Positions 24,471-35,863 of a stretch of DNA of 64,000 nt are shown here, piece by piece; within the stretch, counting starts at the first letter, position 1; the number at the start of each line of letters is the position of its first letter. Below the pieces are notes generated by a model, which did not search any database, had not been told where the DNA came from, and saw only the letters and a list, made by a program, of their open reading frames with translations. The translations under genes were made by a program, and so were the position numbers. This stretch comes from Anaeramoeba ignava BMAN (lineage: Eukaryota; Protista; Anaeramoebae), in NCBI GenBank assembly GCA_028826165.1, contig JAPDFW010000121.1, positions 62,001 to 126,000 of the forward strand, given 5' to 3'.

Positions 24471-24710
24471 GGAAAAGAAAAGTGAACCAAAACTTTTCAA
24501 AAAGAAAAATTAAAATAATAATAATAAAATATAATTTTATATTGAATTGAATATTGAATTGAATTGAATTTTATTTCATTTGATTTGTCAATTAAAATGT
24601 TGCAAAATTGGATTTCTGTTTTGTGTTTTATTTTGTTTGTTTTATCAGATTCAAATTAGAAAAAAGAAAAAAAAAAGTTAAATTCCCCTTTTTTGAGATG
24701 AAAATGATGC

Positions 24711-27700
24711 TTAATCTTCTTTCTTTTCCTTCATGGATTTCTTTGGTAGTTGAGAATCGTTTCCAATTTTGATTAAAAGTGAAATATATCTGAAAGGAAT
24801 TGAAAAAGCACTAAATGCGATTGAAATGATCCATTCAGATCGAGATAAAGGAATAGTTGAAAACAATTTACCTCCAAAATTTACAACAAGTAATTGTATC
24901 AAAACAATCAAAATTAAAGAAATAAAAAATGCAGTGTTTTGCAAGATTCCTTTAAAAATTTTCGTTTCATCATGAATCTTTCTGGAATTAATCTGATTGA
25001 AAAGTTGGCAAAAAACAAAAGAATTGAATAAAATTGTGTATAAATGAAGTTTTTGTTCAGGAATTGAGATATCATAATGGAGGAAAGATTGACCAAAGTA
25101 GAGTATGAAAAAGAGAACAAAAAGTTGATAAACTGTTTGGGCGAGAATATTATGAATCATTTGCTTGGGAAATAAGGAATCTGTTTTGGGATATGGTTTC
25201 TGCTTGAGGATATCATTTGTTGCTGGATCTTGTCCTATTGTAAAAGCAGCAATGTTTCCGATGACGGAATTTGCCCAAAAGATCTGGAAAATGTTGAATG
25301 GTGATTCTTTCTTGAAAATTACGAAAACAAAAGAAAGAAGGATACCAACTAGGTTAGAAGTTAATTGGAACTGAACAAATTTATTGATATTATCATGCAC
25401 AGAACGACCTGAGATGATAGCATTGACAATTGAGTTGAAATTATCATCCAGAAGAACAATGTCACTTGATTCCTTTGCAACATCTGTTCCTGCAATTCCC
25501 ATACTGAATCCTACGTCTGCTTGTTGAAGTGCTGGAGCATCACCTGTTCCATCTCCAGTAACTGCAACTACTTCTCCCAATTCTTGAAGGGTTTTAACTA
25601 GAATAAGTTTAACACTTGGAGATGATCTTGCTACTACTTGTAGTTTTGGAGCAATGCTTTTCCTTTCCTCATCACTCATTTCTTTCAGTTGTTTTCCTTC
25701 AATTACTTCACCATCAGATAAAATTCCATGTTTTCTTGCAAAATGACTGGCTTCTCGAATATCAGTTCCTGTCAACATTCGAACAGTTATTCCTGCTCTT
25801 TGGCATTCATAGATCGCATTTGAGGCACCTTTCCTAATTGGAAAAGAAAGACCCAAAACTGAAAAGAAAACCAAATCCTTTTCAAAATCATCTGCTTCAT
25901 CCAAGTTTTCATTGCTTATTTTATCCCACTCTTTATATGCTAGTGCTAATGTCCTTAATCCTAAATTGGTCATGTTTTCTATCAGATTTTGAATTTCTTG
26001 ATTTTTTTCTTCTGTTAATTGATGCTGATTTCCATTTTGATCTAAATAATGACTACATCTTTCTAATATAACTTGTGGAGATCCTTTCATATGAATTCGG
26101 TGCTTTCCGTTTTTTTCAAAAATTGTTGACATTCTTTTTCTTGAACTGCTGAATGGGAATTCTTTCACAATTTTCTCTTTGTTTTCTTTTTGGAAATCAA
26201 AAAACGGGAATTTCATTGCCATTAAGTAGCTAACTATCGCACCATCTATCTGGTTTCCCACCAATGTTTGACCATCCCAAATTACTTTTGAGTTCATTGC
26301 CATTCCTTCTCCTAAAAGATTAATAATTTTTTGATCCATCACTTCTGGAATTTCTTGGAAATATTGATCAAAGAAATATCCACTTGAAATATCCAATTTC
26401 ACTTCTGTTAGAACACCTGTTTTTTCACAACAAATCGCTAATATTTTTATTAGACAAAAAAAGATTCGTAATCAAATTGAACTTAATTGAAAAATTCTAG
26501 TTTTTTTTTTTTGGGTCTTACTTGTTACATTCCCCATTTTTTCACATGCTTCAAGTCTTCGAACAAGACTATTGCTTTTGATCAACTTCTTCATTGAATA
26601 ACCAAATGAAATTGTTGTAATAAATGAAAATCCAGAAGGAAAAGAAATGAGAAAAATGTTTCGAACAATTAAAACAATTTGAAAAAATTCATCATAGTTT
26701 TCACTGATAAATCCTTTTGGATTAGATACTGAAACAAAAAAAATTAAGGAAATGAATTAGTTTCTTTGGCAAAATCATTTGAAAAGATTTACTATTTTTG
26801 AAAATCCATGGAATAAGAAGAACCAATAATGCTAGTCCTGCAGAAAATAATCCTATAATCTCAATCAAATTTATTATATCAGAAATTCTTAATTGAAGAG
26901 GTGTTGGTTCAGGCTTCTCTTGTAAATATTCTCTTATCTGGCCAAATTGTGTATTTGTTCCAACTCCAATTACAATCATTCTCCCTTCTCCGTTTGTGAC
27001 TTGTGTTCCTTCATATAAAACAGGGTTATCTTTCTCATCTTTCTCAATAGAATAAGGTTCTCCTGTTATCTGTGATTCATCCACTTCAAGTTCTTTTTTT
27101 TTTTCATTTTGGATAAAAAGGATTAATAGATTTTATTTTATTTTTTTTTTGGATTGATTGTTTTTTTAATACCATTTGCAGAAATCACTAAGCCATCACC
27201 TGGAATAGTAACGCCAGGAGAAAGAAGAGCAATATCACCTATATTAACATCTTTACTTAAAATATTGATAACTGCAGATTGATCTTTTTTAACCTCACGC
27301 AAAACCTAAACAAAATCAAATCCAATTCAAATAAAATTGGATTTTGGGATTTGAAAATAATTTTTTTTTGAATTTTAATTGAAATGACTTACAGAAACTT
27401 CAAAAAAGTTATTGAGTTGATTCAAATTACTTAATTTCCTTTCCTTTTTATAATCTTTAATAGTTATTACTAGGCAAGCAACTAAAACAAGGATAAAAAT
27501 AATAATTTCTTGAATCAAAATTTTATTTGAATCTTTCATCTTTAATCCTAAAATCAAAGAAACAACAGAAGAAAACAACAAAAATAATAAAGAGAGGTCT
27601 TTTAAAGTATCAAGAAAAAAAGAAAGAAAAGTTTTCTCTGATTGATTTGAAATTTGATTTGTTCCAAATACTTCTCTTCTTTTTTTGAAATTAGATTTTG

Positions 27701-27946
27701 TTTCTGATAATCTTAATCCTATTTTTGGATCAACACACAATTTTGTTATGACCCCTTCTACACCTCCTTGCTCTTCTAATCTTTCTTGAGTTGAAAGACC
27801 TCCAAATTTTGTTAATCCCAAGAGAGTCTCTTTATCAATTCCAAAATTCAATGACACTACAAAAATGAATTTTCATTTTAAATATTTTTTTAAAAAAAAA
27901 ACAATGAGAACAAAATCAATAGTTTCTTTTATTGTTTGATCTTACT
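24711..27946 (-). CDS. PMCA-like (P2B) P-type ATPase with degenerate catalytic motifs (probable pseudoenzyme); multi-exon
   Basis: PMCA scaffold: RREVFGTN, IPGDG, DESQITGE, TPLQ, LVRRLEACEKMG, FPFSSSRKRMST, GLRTLALAY, VVARSSP..K, VAVTGDG..DAPAL..ADVGFSMGIAGTDVAKESSDIVLLDDNF, FVQFQLT, FNSFVFCQLFNQINSRKIH. The phosphorylation motif reads CCEKTGVLT. Confidence 0.88.
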
Positions 27947-28007
27947 TAAAAAAAGTAAAAAAATGAAAAAAAATAAAACTTTTAAATTGCGATTTTAATT
28001 TTGATTA

Positions 28008-29850
28008 TTAAAAAATTAAACAATTTTCTTTGTTTTTCTCTTTTTTTCTTTTTTGATTTTGATTATTAAATTTCTTAATTAATAAATCAAATAAATTTGG
28101 ATATGTTTGATTTAATTGGAAATAATCAATTCCTTTTTTAATTTCATTAATTATTTCTTTTGTAATTTGAATTCCTTCTTTAATTTGATTTGAATAAATC
28201 CAATATTCAAATATTTGAAATGATTTATTACTTAATTCACTATAATCTGTAACTTTATTTGATTTATCTTCAGTTACAGATAAAAACATTCCTCGATATA
28301 ATTCACTTCTCATTATTAATATTAATTTAGGAAATTTATATTGTTTTTCTTTTCTTTCAATTATAAAATCTTTTTCATTTTCATTTTCATTTTCATTTAA
28401 ATAAATTCTTTTCATTGTTTCTTCAATTTTTTCATTTAAATTTATAATTTCTTTAATTTCAGAATATAATATTGGATTTATTATTCTGTTTGAATAAATC
28501 ATTTCAAATATTTGATTTGATTCTTTAATTGATTTATTTGAAATAATTTCTTGAAGTTTTTCAATTTGGTTTTGATTTTGATTTTCATTTTGATTTAATC
28601 TATATTTTAATATTAATTTATGAGCTTCAATTATTTCTCCATTTTTGGTTTTAAATGAAATATCACAAAATTCTTTTCTTTCAAATAATTTTATCAAATC
28701 TTCTTCAAGATTGGAAAAAGGAGAATAATAAATGAATGAATTATTATATCCACAAGAAATATGATAATTGAAAATATCTTCATTAAATCTTAATTCAGGA
28801 AGTTCAATTTGAATTGGAATTCTTTTGATGTGGTTCGTTTTCATTTCCTAATTGACCAAAATAATTGCTTCCAAATATTATCAATTTTGAATTGGAAGTT
28901 AAAATCAAATTATGATTAAATCCAACAGAAAAATCAAGAATATCATCATCATTTTCGAATAAAGGTAAATTCAATTCAGTAAATTCACAAGTATCTTCAT
29001 CTTTGCCAAGTCCATTAAAAGAAGATCTTCCACATGAATAAAGTTTTCTTTTTGGATTTTCATTTTCATTTTCATTTTCAATCAACATTATTGAATGAAA
29101 ATTTCCAGATTTAATATCAATTATTTTGCCTTTTGGAATATTTTGAATTTTGGTTATTTTTTGGATTTTTGTTTCTTCTTTTCTTGATTCTCCTAATCCA
29201 AGTTGACCATGCTCATTAAATCCGCATCCAAATAATTCTTGATTTGAATTTAAAAGAAAAACATGATCGAAATAGATTCCTGAAAATATTTTAGAAACAT
29301 TTTTCATTATTAAAATTGGTTTTTCTGTTTTATCAAGTGTTTTAGAATCAAAACCAAGTTGACCATATTCATTATCACCAATTCCATAAACATTTTGATT
29401 TGAAGTTAATAAGTAAATTGAATTGTGTCCAGAAGCAATATCTTCAATTATTCTATCATTTGTATCTTCAATTAATGATGAAATATTGATAAATTCATTT
29501 GTATTTTCTGAATTAATATATTCTCCTTTGGCAAATACATTTCCTTCTATTGTTAAAATAGCTTCATTAGAAGAACCAACAGTTACTTTTTGAATATTTT
29601 CTTCAATTTGGATTTTTGAAGGATTTTGTTTTGAATCATTTTCATTTAAATATTCTATTGCTTTTCCATTTTTAAAAAGGAAAATTATTGAAAATTGACC
29701 TGATGAAATTTGTTTAATTTGTTTTTCATTTTCATTTTCATTTTCATTTTCATTTTCAAATTTAAATTGAATTGGTTTTATTATTTTATTTGGTTCATTT
29801 TTTAAAAGAATTGGATAATTATTTTGACCAAAAAATAAAATTTCATTCAT
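28008..29850 (-). CDS. RCC1-BTB-BTB protein (copy 2, C-terminal polybasic + CaaX CLIF); apparent frameshift near 28835
   Basis: Two overlapping ORFs collinear with the intact paralogues. Confidence 0.85.
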
Positions 29851-30037
29851 TTTTAAAAAGAAAAAAATGAAAAAAATGAAAATGAAAAAAATATTTTTGA
29901 ATTTTAATTTTAATTTTAATTTTAATTTTAATTTTAAATTTGATTTTAAATTTAATTTTAATTTTGATTTTAAATTTTGATTTTGATTTTGATTTTAATT
30001 TTAATTTTGATTTTGATTTTAATTTTAATTTTGATTA

Positions 30038-31858
30038 TTAAAAAATTAAACAATTTTCTTTGTTTTTCTCTTTTTTTCTTTTTTGATTTTGATTATTAAA
30101 TTTCTTAATTAATAAATCAAATAAATTTGGATTTGTTTGATTTAATTGAAAATAATCAATTCCAGTTTTAATTTCATCAATAATTTCTTTTGTAATTTCA
30201 ATTTCATCTTTAATTTGATTTGAATAAATCCAATATTCAAATATTTGAAATGATTTATTACTTAATTCACTATAATCTGTAACTTTATTAGATTTATCTT
30301 CTGTTACAGATAAAAACATTCCTCGATATAATTCACTTCTCATTATTAATATTAATTTAGGAAATTTATATTGTTTTTCTTTTCTTTCAATTATAAAATC
30401 TTTTTCATTTTCATTTAAATAAATTCTTTTCATTGTTTCTTCTATTTTTTCATTTAAATTTATAATTTCTTTAATTTCAGAATATAATTTTGGATTTATT
30501 TTTCTGTTTGAATAAATCATTTCAAATATTTGATTTGATTCTTTAATTGATTTATTTGAAATAATTTCTTGAAGTTTTTCAATTTCATTTTGATTTTGAT
30601 TTAATCTATATTTCAATATTAATTTATGAGCTTCAATTATTTCTCCATTTTCTGTTTTAAATGAAATATTGCAAAATTCTTTTCTTCTAAATAATTTTAT
30701 CAAATCTTCTTCAAGATTGGAAAAAGAAGGAGAATAATAAATGAATGAATTGTTAATACCACAAGAAATATGATAATTAGAAATATCTTCATTAAATCTT
30801 AATTTAGGAAGTTCAATTTGAATTGGAATTGATTGATAATTTGTATCTCCAGTTCCTAATTGACCATAATCATTACTTCCAAATCCTATTAACTTATGAT
30901 TAGAAGTTAAAATCAAAGTATGAACATATCCAACAGAAAAATCAAGGATAATATCATCATTTTCAAATAAAGATGATTTGATTTCAGTAAATTCATAAGT
31001 ATTTTTATTTTTGCCAAGTCCATTATATTGATAATCTCCACATGAATAAAATTTTCTTTTTGGATTTTCATTTTGATTTTGATTTTCATTTTCAATCAAC
31101 ATTATTGAATGATAAAATGTGTATTGAATATCAATTATTTTACCTTTTGGAATATTTTGGATTTTGGTTAATTTTTGGATTTTTATTTCATTTCTTCTTG
31201 ATTCTCTTAATCCAAGTTGACCATGCTCATTAAATCCACATCCAAATAATTCTTGATTTGAATTTAAAAGGAAAACATGAGCTGAAGTATTTCCTGAAAA
31301 TATTTTAGAAACATTTTTCATCATTAAAATTGGTTTTTCTGTTTTATCAAGTGTTTTAGAATCAAAACCAAGTTGACCATATTCATTTGAACCAATTCCA
31401 TAAGCATTTTGATTTGAAGTTAATAAGTAAACTGAATGTTCTCCAGAAGCAATATCTCGAATTATTCTATCATTTTTATCTTCAATTAATGATGAAATAT
31501 TGATAAATTCATTTGGATTTTCTGGATTAATATCTTTTCCTTTGGCAAATACATTTCCTTCTTTTGTTAAAATAGCTTCATTTTGATCATCAACATTTAC
31601 TTTTTGAATATTTTCTTTAATTTGGATTTTTTCAGGATTTTGATTTGAATCATTTTCATCTAAATATTCTATTGCTTTTCCATTTTTGAAAAGGAAAATT
31701 GTTGAAAAATCACCTGATGAAATTTGTTTAATTTGTTTTTCATTTTCATTTTCATTTTCATTTTCAAATTTAAATTGAATTGGTTTTATTATTTTATTTG
31801 GTTCATTTTTGATAAGAATTGGATTTTTATTTAAACCAAAAAATAAAATTTCATTCAT
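30038..31858 (-). CDS. RCC1-BTB-BTB protein (copy 3, CaaX CLIF)
   Basis: Intact 606-aa ORF with family motifs. Confidence 0.9.
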   Translation of the reverse strand: MNEILFFGLNKNPILIKNEPNKIIKPIQFKFENENENENEKQIKQISSGDFSTIFLFKNGKAIEYLDENDSNQNPEKIQIKENIQKVNVDDQNEAILTKEGNVFAKGKDINPENPNEFINISSLIEDKNDRIIRDIASGEHSVYLLTSNQNAYGIGSNEYGQLGFDSKTLDKTEKPILMMKNVSKIFSGNTSAHVFLLNSNQELFGCGFNEHGQLGLRESRRNEIKIQKLTKIQNIPKGKIIDIQYTFYHSIMLIENENQNQNENPKRKFYSCGDYQYNGLGKNKNTYEFTEIKSSLFENDDIILDFSVGYVHTLILTSNHKLIGFGSNDYGQLGTGDTNYQSIPIQIELPKLRFNEDISNYHISCGINNSFIYYSPSFSNLEEDLIKLFRRKEFCNISFKTENGEIIEAHKLILKYRLNQNQNEIEKLQEIISNKSIKESNQIFEMIYSNRKINPKLYSEIKEIINLNEKIEETMKRIYLNENEKDFIIERKEKQYKFPKLILIMRSELYRGMFLSVTEDKSNKVTDYSELSNKSFQIFEYWIYSNQIKDEIEITKEIIDEIKTGIDYFQLNQTNPNLFDLLIKKFNNQNQKRKKEKNKENCLIF

Positions 31859-32017
31859 TTTTAAAAAGAAAAAAATGAAAAAATGAAAAATGAATTTTAA
31901 TTTTAATTTTAATTTTAATTTTGATTTTAATTTTAAATTTAATTTTAATTTTAATTTTAATTTTAATTTTGATTTTAATTTTAATTTTAATTTTGATTTT
32001 GATTTTAATTTTGATTA

Positions 32018-33817
32018 TTAAAAAATTAAACAATTTTCTTTGTTTTTCTCTTTTTTTCTTTTTTGATTTTGATTATTAAATTTTTTAATTAATAAATCAA
32101 ATAAATTTGGATTTGTTTGATTTAATTGAAAATAATCAATTCCAATTTTAATTTCATCAATAATTTCTTTTGTAATTTCAATTCCATTTTTAATTTGATT
32201 TGAATAAATCCAATATTCAAATATTTGAAATGATTTATTACTTAATTCACTATAATCTGTAACTTTATTAGATTTATCTTCTGTTACAGATAAAAACATT
32301 CCTCGATATAATTCACTTCTCATTATTAATATTAATTTAGGAAATTTATATTGTTTTTCTTTTCTTTCAATTATAAAATCTTTTTCATTTTCATTTAAAT
32401 AAATTCTTTTCATTGTTTCTTCAATTTTTTCATTTAAATTTATAATTTCTTTAATTTCAGAATATAATTTTGGATTTATTTTTCTGTTTGAATAAATCAT
32501 TTCAAATATTTGATTTGATTCTTTAATTGATTTATTTGAAATAATTTCTTGAAGTTTTTCAATTTCATTTTGATTTTGATTTAATCTATATTTCAATATT
32601 AATTTATGAGCTTTAATTATTTCTCCATTTTCGGTTTTAAATGAAATATCACAAAATTCTTTTCTTTCAAATAATTTTATCAAATCTTCTTCAAGATTGG
32701 AAAAAGAAGGAGAATAATAAAGAAATGATTTGTTAAATCCACAAGAAATATGATAATTAGAAATATCTTCATTAAATCTTAATTTAGGAAGTTCAATTTG
32801 AATTGGAATTGATTGATAATTTGTATCTCCAGTTCCTAATTGACCATATGAATTATTTCCAAATACAATTAATTTCGAATTGGAAGTTAAAATCAAAGTA
32901 TGGTTATATCCAACAGAAATCTCAAGAATATTATCATTTTCAAATAAATAATGAATCTCAGTAAATTCATAAGTATCTTTATTTTTGCCAAGTCCATTAT
33001 ATGCATAATAACCACATGAATAAAGTTTTCTTTTTGGATTTTGATTTTGATTTTGATTTTCAATCAACATTATTGAATGAATATTTCCACATTGAATATC
33101 AATTATTTTACCTTTTGGAATATTTTGGATTTTGGTTAATTTTATGATTTCTTTTTCTTTTCTTTTCTTACCCAATCCAAGTTGCTTAAAATAGTTATAT
33201 CCGCATACAAATAATTCTTGATTTGAATTTAAAAGAAAAACAGAATTTGAAGTATTTCCTGAAAACATTTTAGAAACATTTTTCATCATTAAAATTGGTT
33301 TTTCTGTTTTATCAAGTGTTTTAGAATCAAAACCAAGTTGACCATATTCATTTGAACCAATTCCATAAGCATTTTGATTTGAAGTTAATAAGTAAATTGA
33401 ATGTTCTCCAGAAGCAATATCTCGAATTATTCTATCATTTTTATCTTCAATTAATGATGAAATATTGATAAATTCTTTTGTATTTTCTGAATTAATATCT
33501 TTTCCTTTGGCAAATACATTTCCTTCTATTGTTAAAATAGCTTCATTTTGATCATCAACATTTACTTTTTGAATATTTTCTTTAATTTGGATTTTTGAAG
33601 GATTTTGATTTGAACTTTGTAAATATTCTATTGCTTTTCCATTTTCGAAAAGGAAAATTGTTGAAAAATCTCCTGATGAAATTTGTTTAATTTGTTTTTC
33701 ATTTTCATTTTCATTTTCATTTTCAAATTTAAATTGAATTGGTTTTGTTATTTTATTTGGTTCATTTTTGATAAGAATTGGATTTTTATTTAAACCAAAA
33801 AATATAATTTCATTCAT
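32018..33817 (-). CDS. RCC1-BTB-BTB protein (copy 4, CaaX CLIF)
   Basis: Intact 599-aa ORF with family motifs. Confidence 0.9.
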   Translation of the reverse strand: MNEIIFFGLNKNPILIKNEPNKITKPIQFKFENENENENEKQIKQISSGDFSTIFLFENGKAIEYLQSSNQNPSKIQIKENIQKVNVDDQNEAILTIEGNVFAKGKDINSENTKEFINISSLIEDKNDRIIRDIASGEHSIYLLTSNQNAYGIGSNEYGQLGFDSKTLDKTEKPILMMKNVSKMFSGNTSNSVFLLNSNQELFVCGYNYFKQLGLGKKRKEKEIIKLTKIQNIPKGKIIDIQCGNIHSIMLIENQNQNQNPKRKLYSCGYYAYNGLGKNKDTYEFTEIHYLFENDNILEISVGYNHTLILTSNSKLIVFGNNSYGQLGTGDTNYQSIPIQIELPKLRFNEDISNYHISCGFNKSFLYYSPSFSNLEEDLIKLFERKEFCDISFKTENGEIIKAHKLILKYRLNQNQNEIEKLQEIISNKSIKESNQIFEMIYSNRKINPKLYSEIKEIINLNEKIEETMKRIYLNENEKDFIIERKEKQYKFPKLILIMRSELYRGMFLSVTEDKSNKVTDYSELSNKSFQIFEYWIYSNQIKNGIEITKEIIDEIKIGIDYFQLNQTNPNLFDLLIKKFNNQNQKRKKEKNKENCLIF

Positions 33818-34074
33818 TTTTGAAAAAGAAAAAAAATGAAAAATAAAAAATGAATTTTAATTTTGATTTTAATTTTAATTTTAATTTTGATTTTAATTTG
33901 AATTTTAATTTTAATTTTAATTTTAATTTTAATTTTAATTTTAATTTTGAATTTTAATTTTGATTTTAATTTTTGATTTTGATTTTAATTTTAATTTTAA
34001 TTTTGATTTTGATTTTAATTTTAATTTTAATTTTAATTTTAATTTTGATTTTAATTTTAATTTTAATTTTGATT

Positions 34075-35802
34075 TTAATTTTGATTATTAAATTTGTTAA
34101 TTAATAAATCAAATAAATTTGGATTTGTTTGATTTAATTGAAAATAATCAATTCCAATTTGAATTTCATTAATCATTTCTTTTGTAATTTCAATTTCATT
34201 TTTAATTTGATTTGAATAAATCCAATATTCAAATATTTCAAATGATTTATTACTTAATTCACTATAATCTGTAACTTTATTAGATTTATCATCTGTTACA
34301 GATAAAAACATTCCTCGATATAATTCACTTCTCATTATTAATATTAATTTTGGAAATTTATATTGTTTTTCTTTTCTTTCAATTATAAAATCTTTTTCAT
34401 TTTCATTTAAATAAATTCTTTTCATTGTTTCTTCTATTTTTTCATTTTGTATTATTTTCTGAATTTCTTCAAAAGAATCAAGATGATAATTTGAATAAAT
34501 CATTTCAAATATTTGATTTGATTCTTTAATTGATTTATTTGAAATAATTTCTTGAAGTTTTTCAATTTGGTTTTCATAATCTTTTAATCTATATTTCAAT
34601 ATTAATTTATGAGCTTTGATTATTTCTCCATTTTCTGGTTTTAAATGAAATATCACAAAATTCTTTTCTTTCAAATAATTTTATCAAATCTTCTTCAAGA
34701 TTGGAAAAAGATGAAGAAAAAAGAAATGAACTCAAATATCCACAAGAAATATGATAATTGGAAAATATTTTCTTTAAATGTTAACTCGGGAAGTTTAATT
34801 TGAATAGGAATTAATTGATTCTCTGTATTTCCAGTTCCTAATTGACCATAAGAATTATCTCCAAATCCTATTAGCTTGCCTTTTGTTGTTAAAATCAAAG
34901 TATGATATTCACCAACAGAAAAATCAAGAATATCATCATTTTCAAATAAAGATGATTTGATTTGAGTAAATTCTCTTGTATTTTTGTTAAGTCCATTGAA
35001 TTGAGAATGCCCACATGAATAAAGTTTTCTTTTTGCTTTAAATTCAATCAATATTATTGAATGAGCTTCTCCAGTTTGAATATCAATTATTTTGCCTTTT
35101 GGAATATTTTGGATTTTGGTTAATTTAATGATTTCTTGTTCTCTTGTTTTCTTACCCAATCCAAGTTGCTTAAAATAGTTATATCCGCATACAAATAGTT
35201 CTTGATTTGAATTTAAAAGAAAAACAGAATTTGAAGAATTTCCTGAAAATATTTTAGAAACATTTTTCATCATTAAAATTGGTTTTTCTGTTTTTAGAAG
35301 TGATTCAGATCCAAAACCAAGTTGACCATATTTATTTGAACCAATTCCATAAGCATTTTGATTTGAAGTTAAAAAATAGCCTGAATGAAATCCAGAAACA
35401 ATATCTTGAATTATTCTATCATTTGTATCTTCAATTAATGATGAAATATTGATAAATTCATTTGGATTTTTTGAATTAATATCTTTTCCTTTGGCAAATA
35501 CATTTCCTTCTGAAGTTAAAATCAATACAGAAAATACACCAACAGTTATTTTTTGAATATTTTCAATTTCGGATTTTTTTAGGCTCTTCTTCTGAAAAGG
35601 ATAAATATTCCGTTGTTTCGTTGTTTGAAGAAATATATGTTCCAAATCTTCCTGAATCAATTTTTTTAATTGGTGATTTTTTCATAAGAATTTTTAGTTG
35701 AATTGGTTTTGTAAATTTTCTCTCTTCTTTTGTGAGGATTGAATATAATGAATTTTCACCAAAAAAAAATACTTCATTATTTTGGATTGTATTTGGATTC
35801 AT
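34075..35802 (-). CDS. RCC1-BTB-BTB protein (copy 5, divergent N-terminus, no CaaX); 2-3 apparent frameshifts, possible pseudogene
   Basis: ORFs 35802, 35660 and 34674 are collinear with the paralogues. Confidence 0.75.
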
Positions 35803-35863
35803 TTATTGAGAGAATGAAAAAAATGAAAAAAATGAAAAAATGAAAAAATGAAAAAAATAGATT

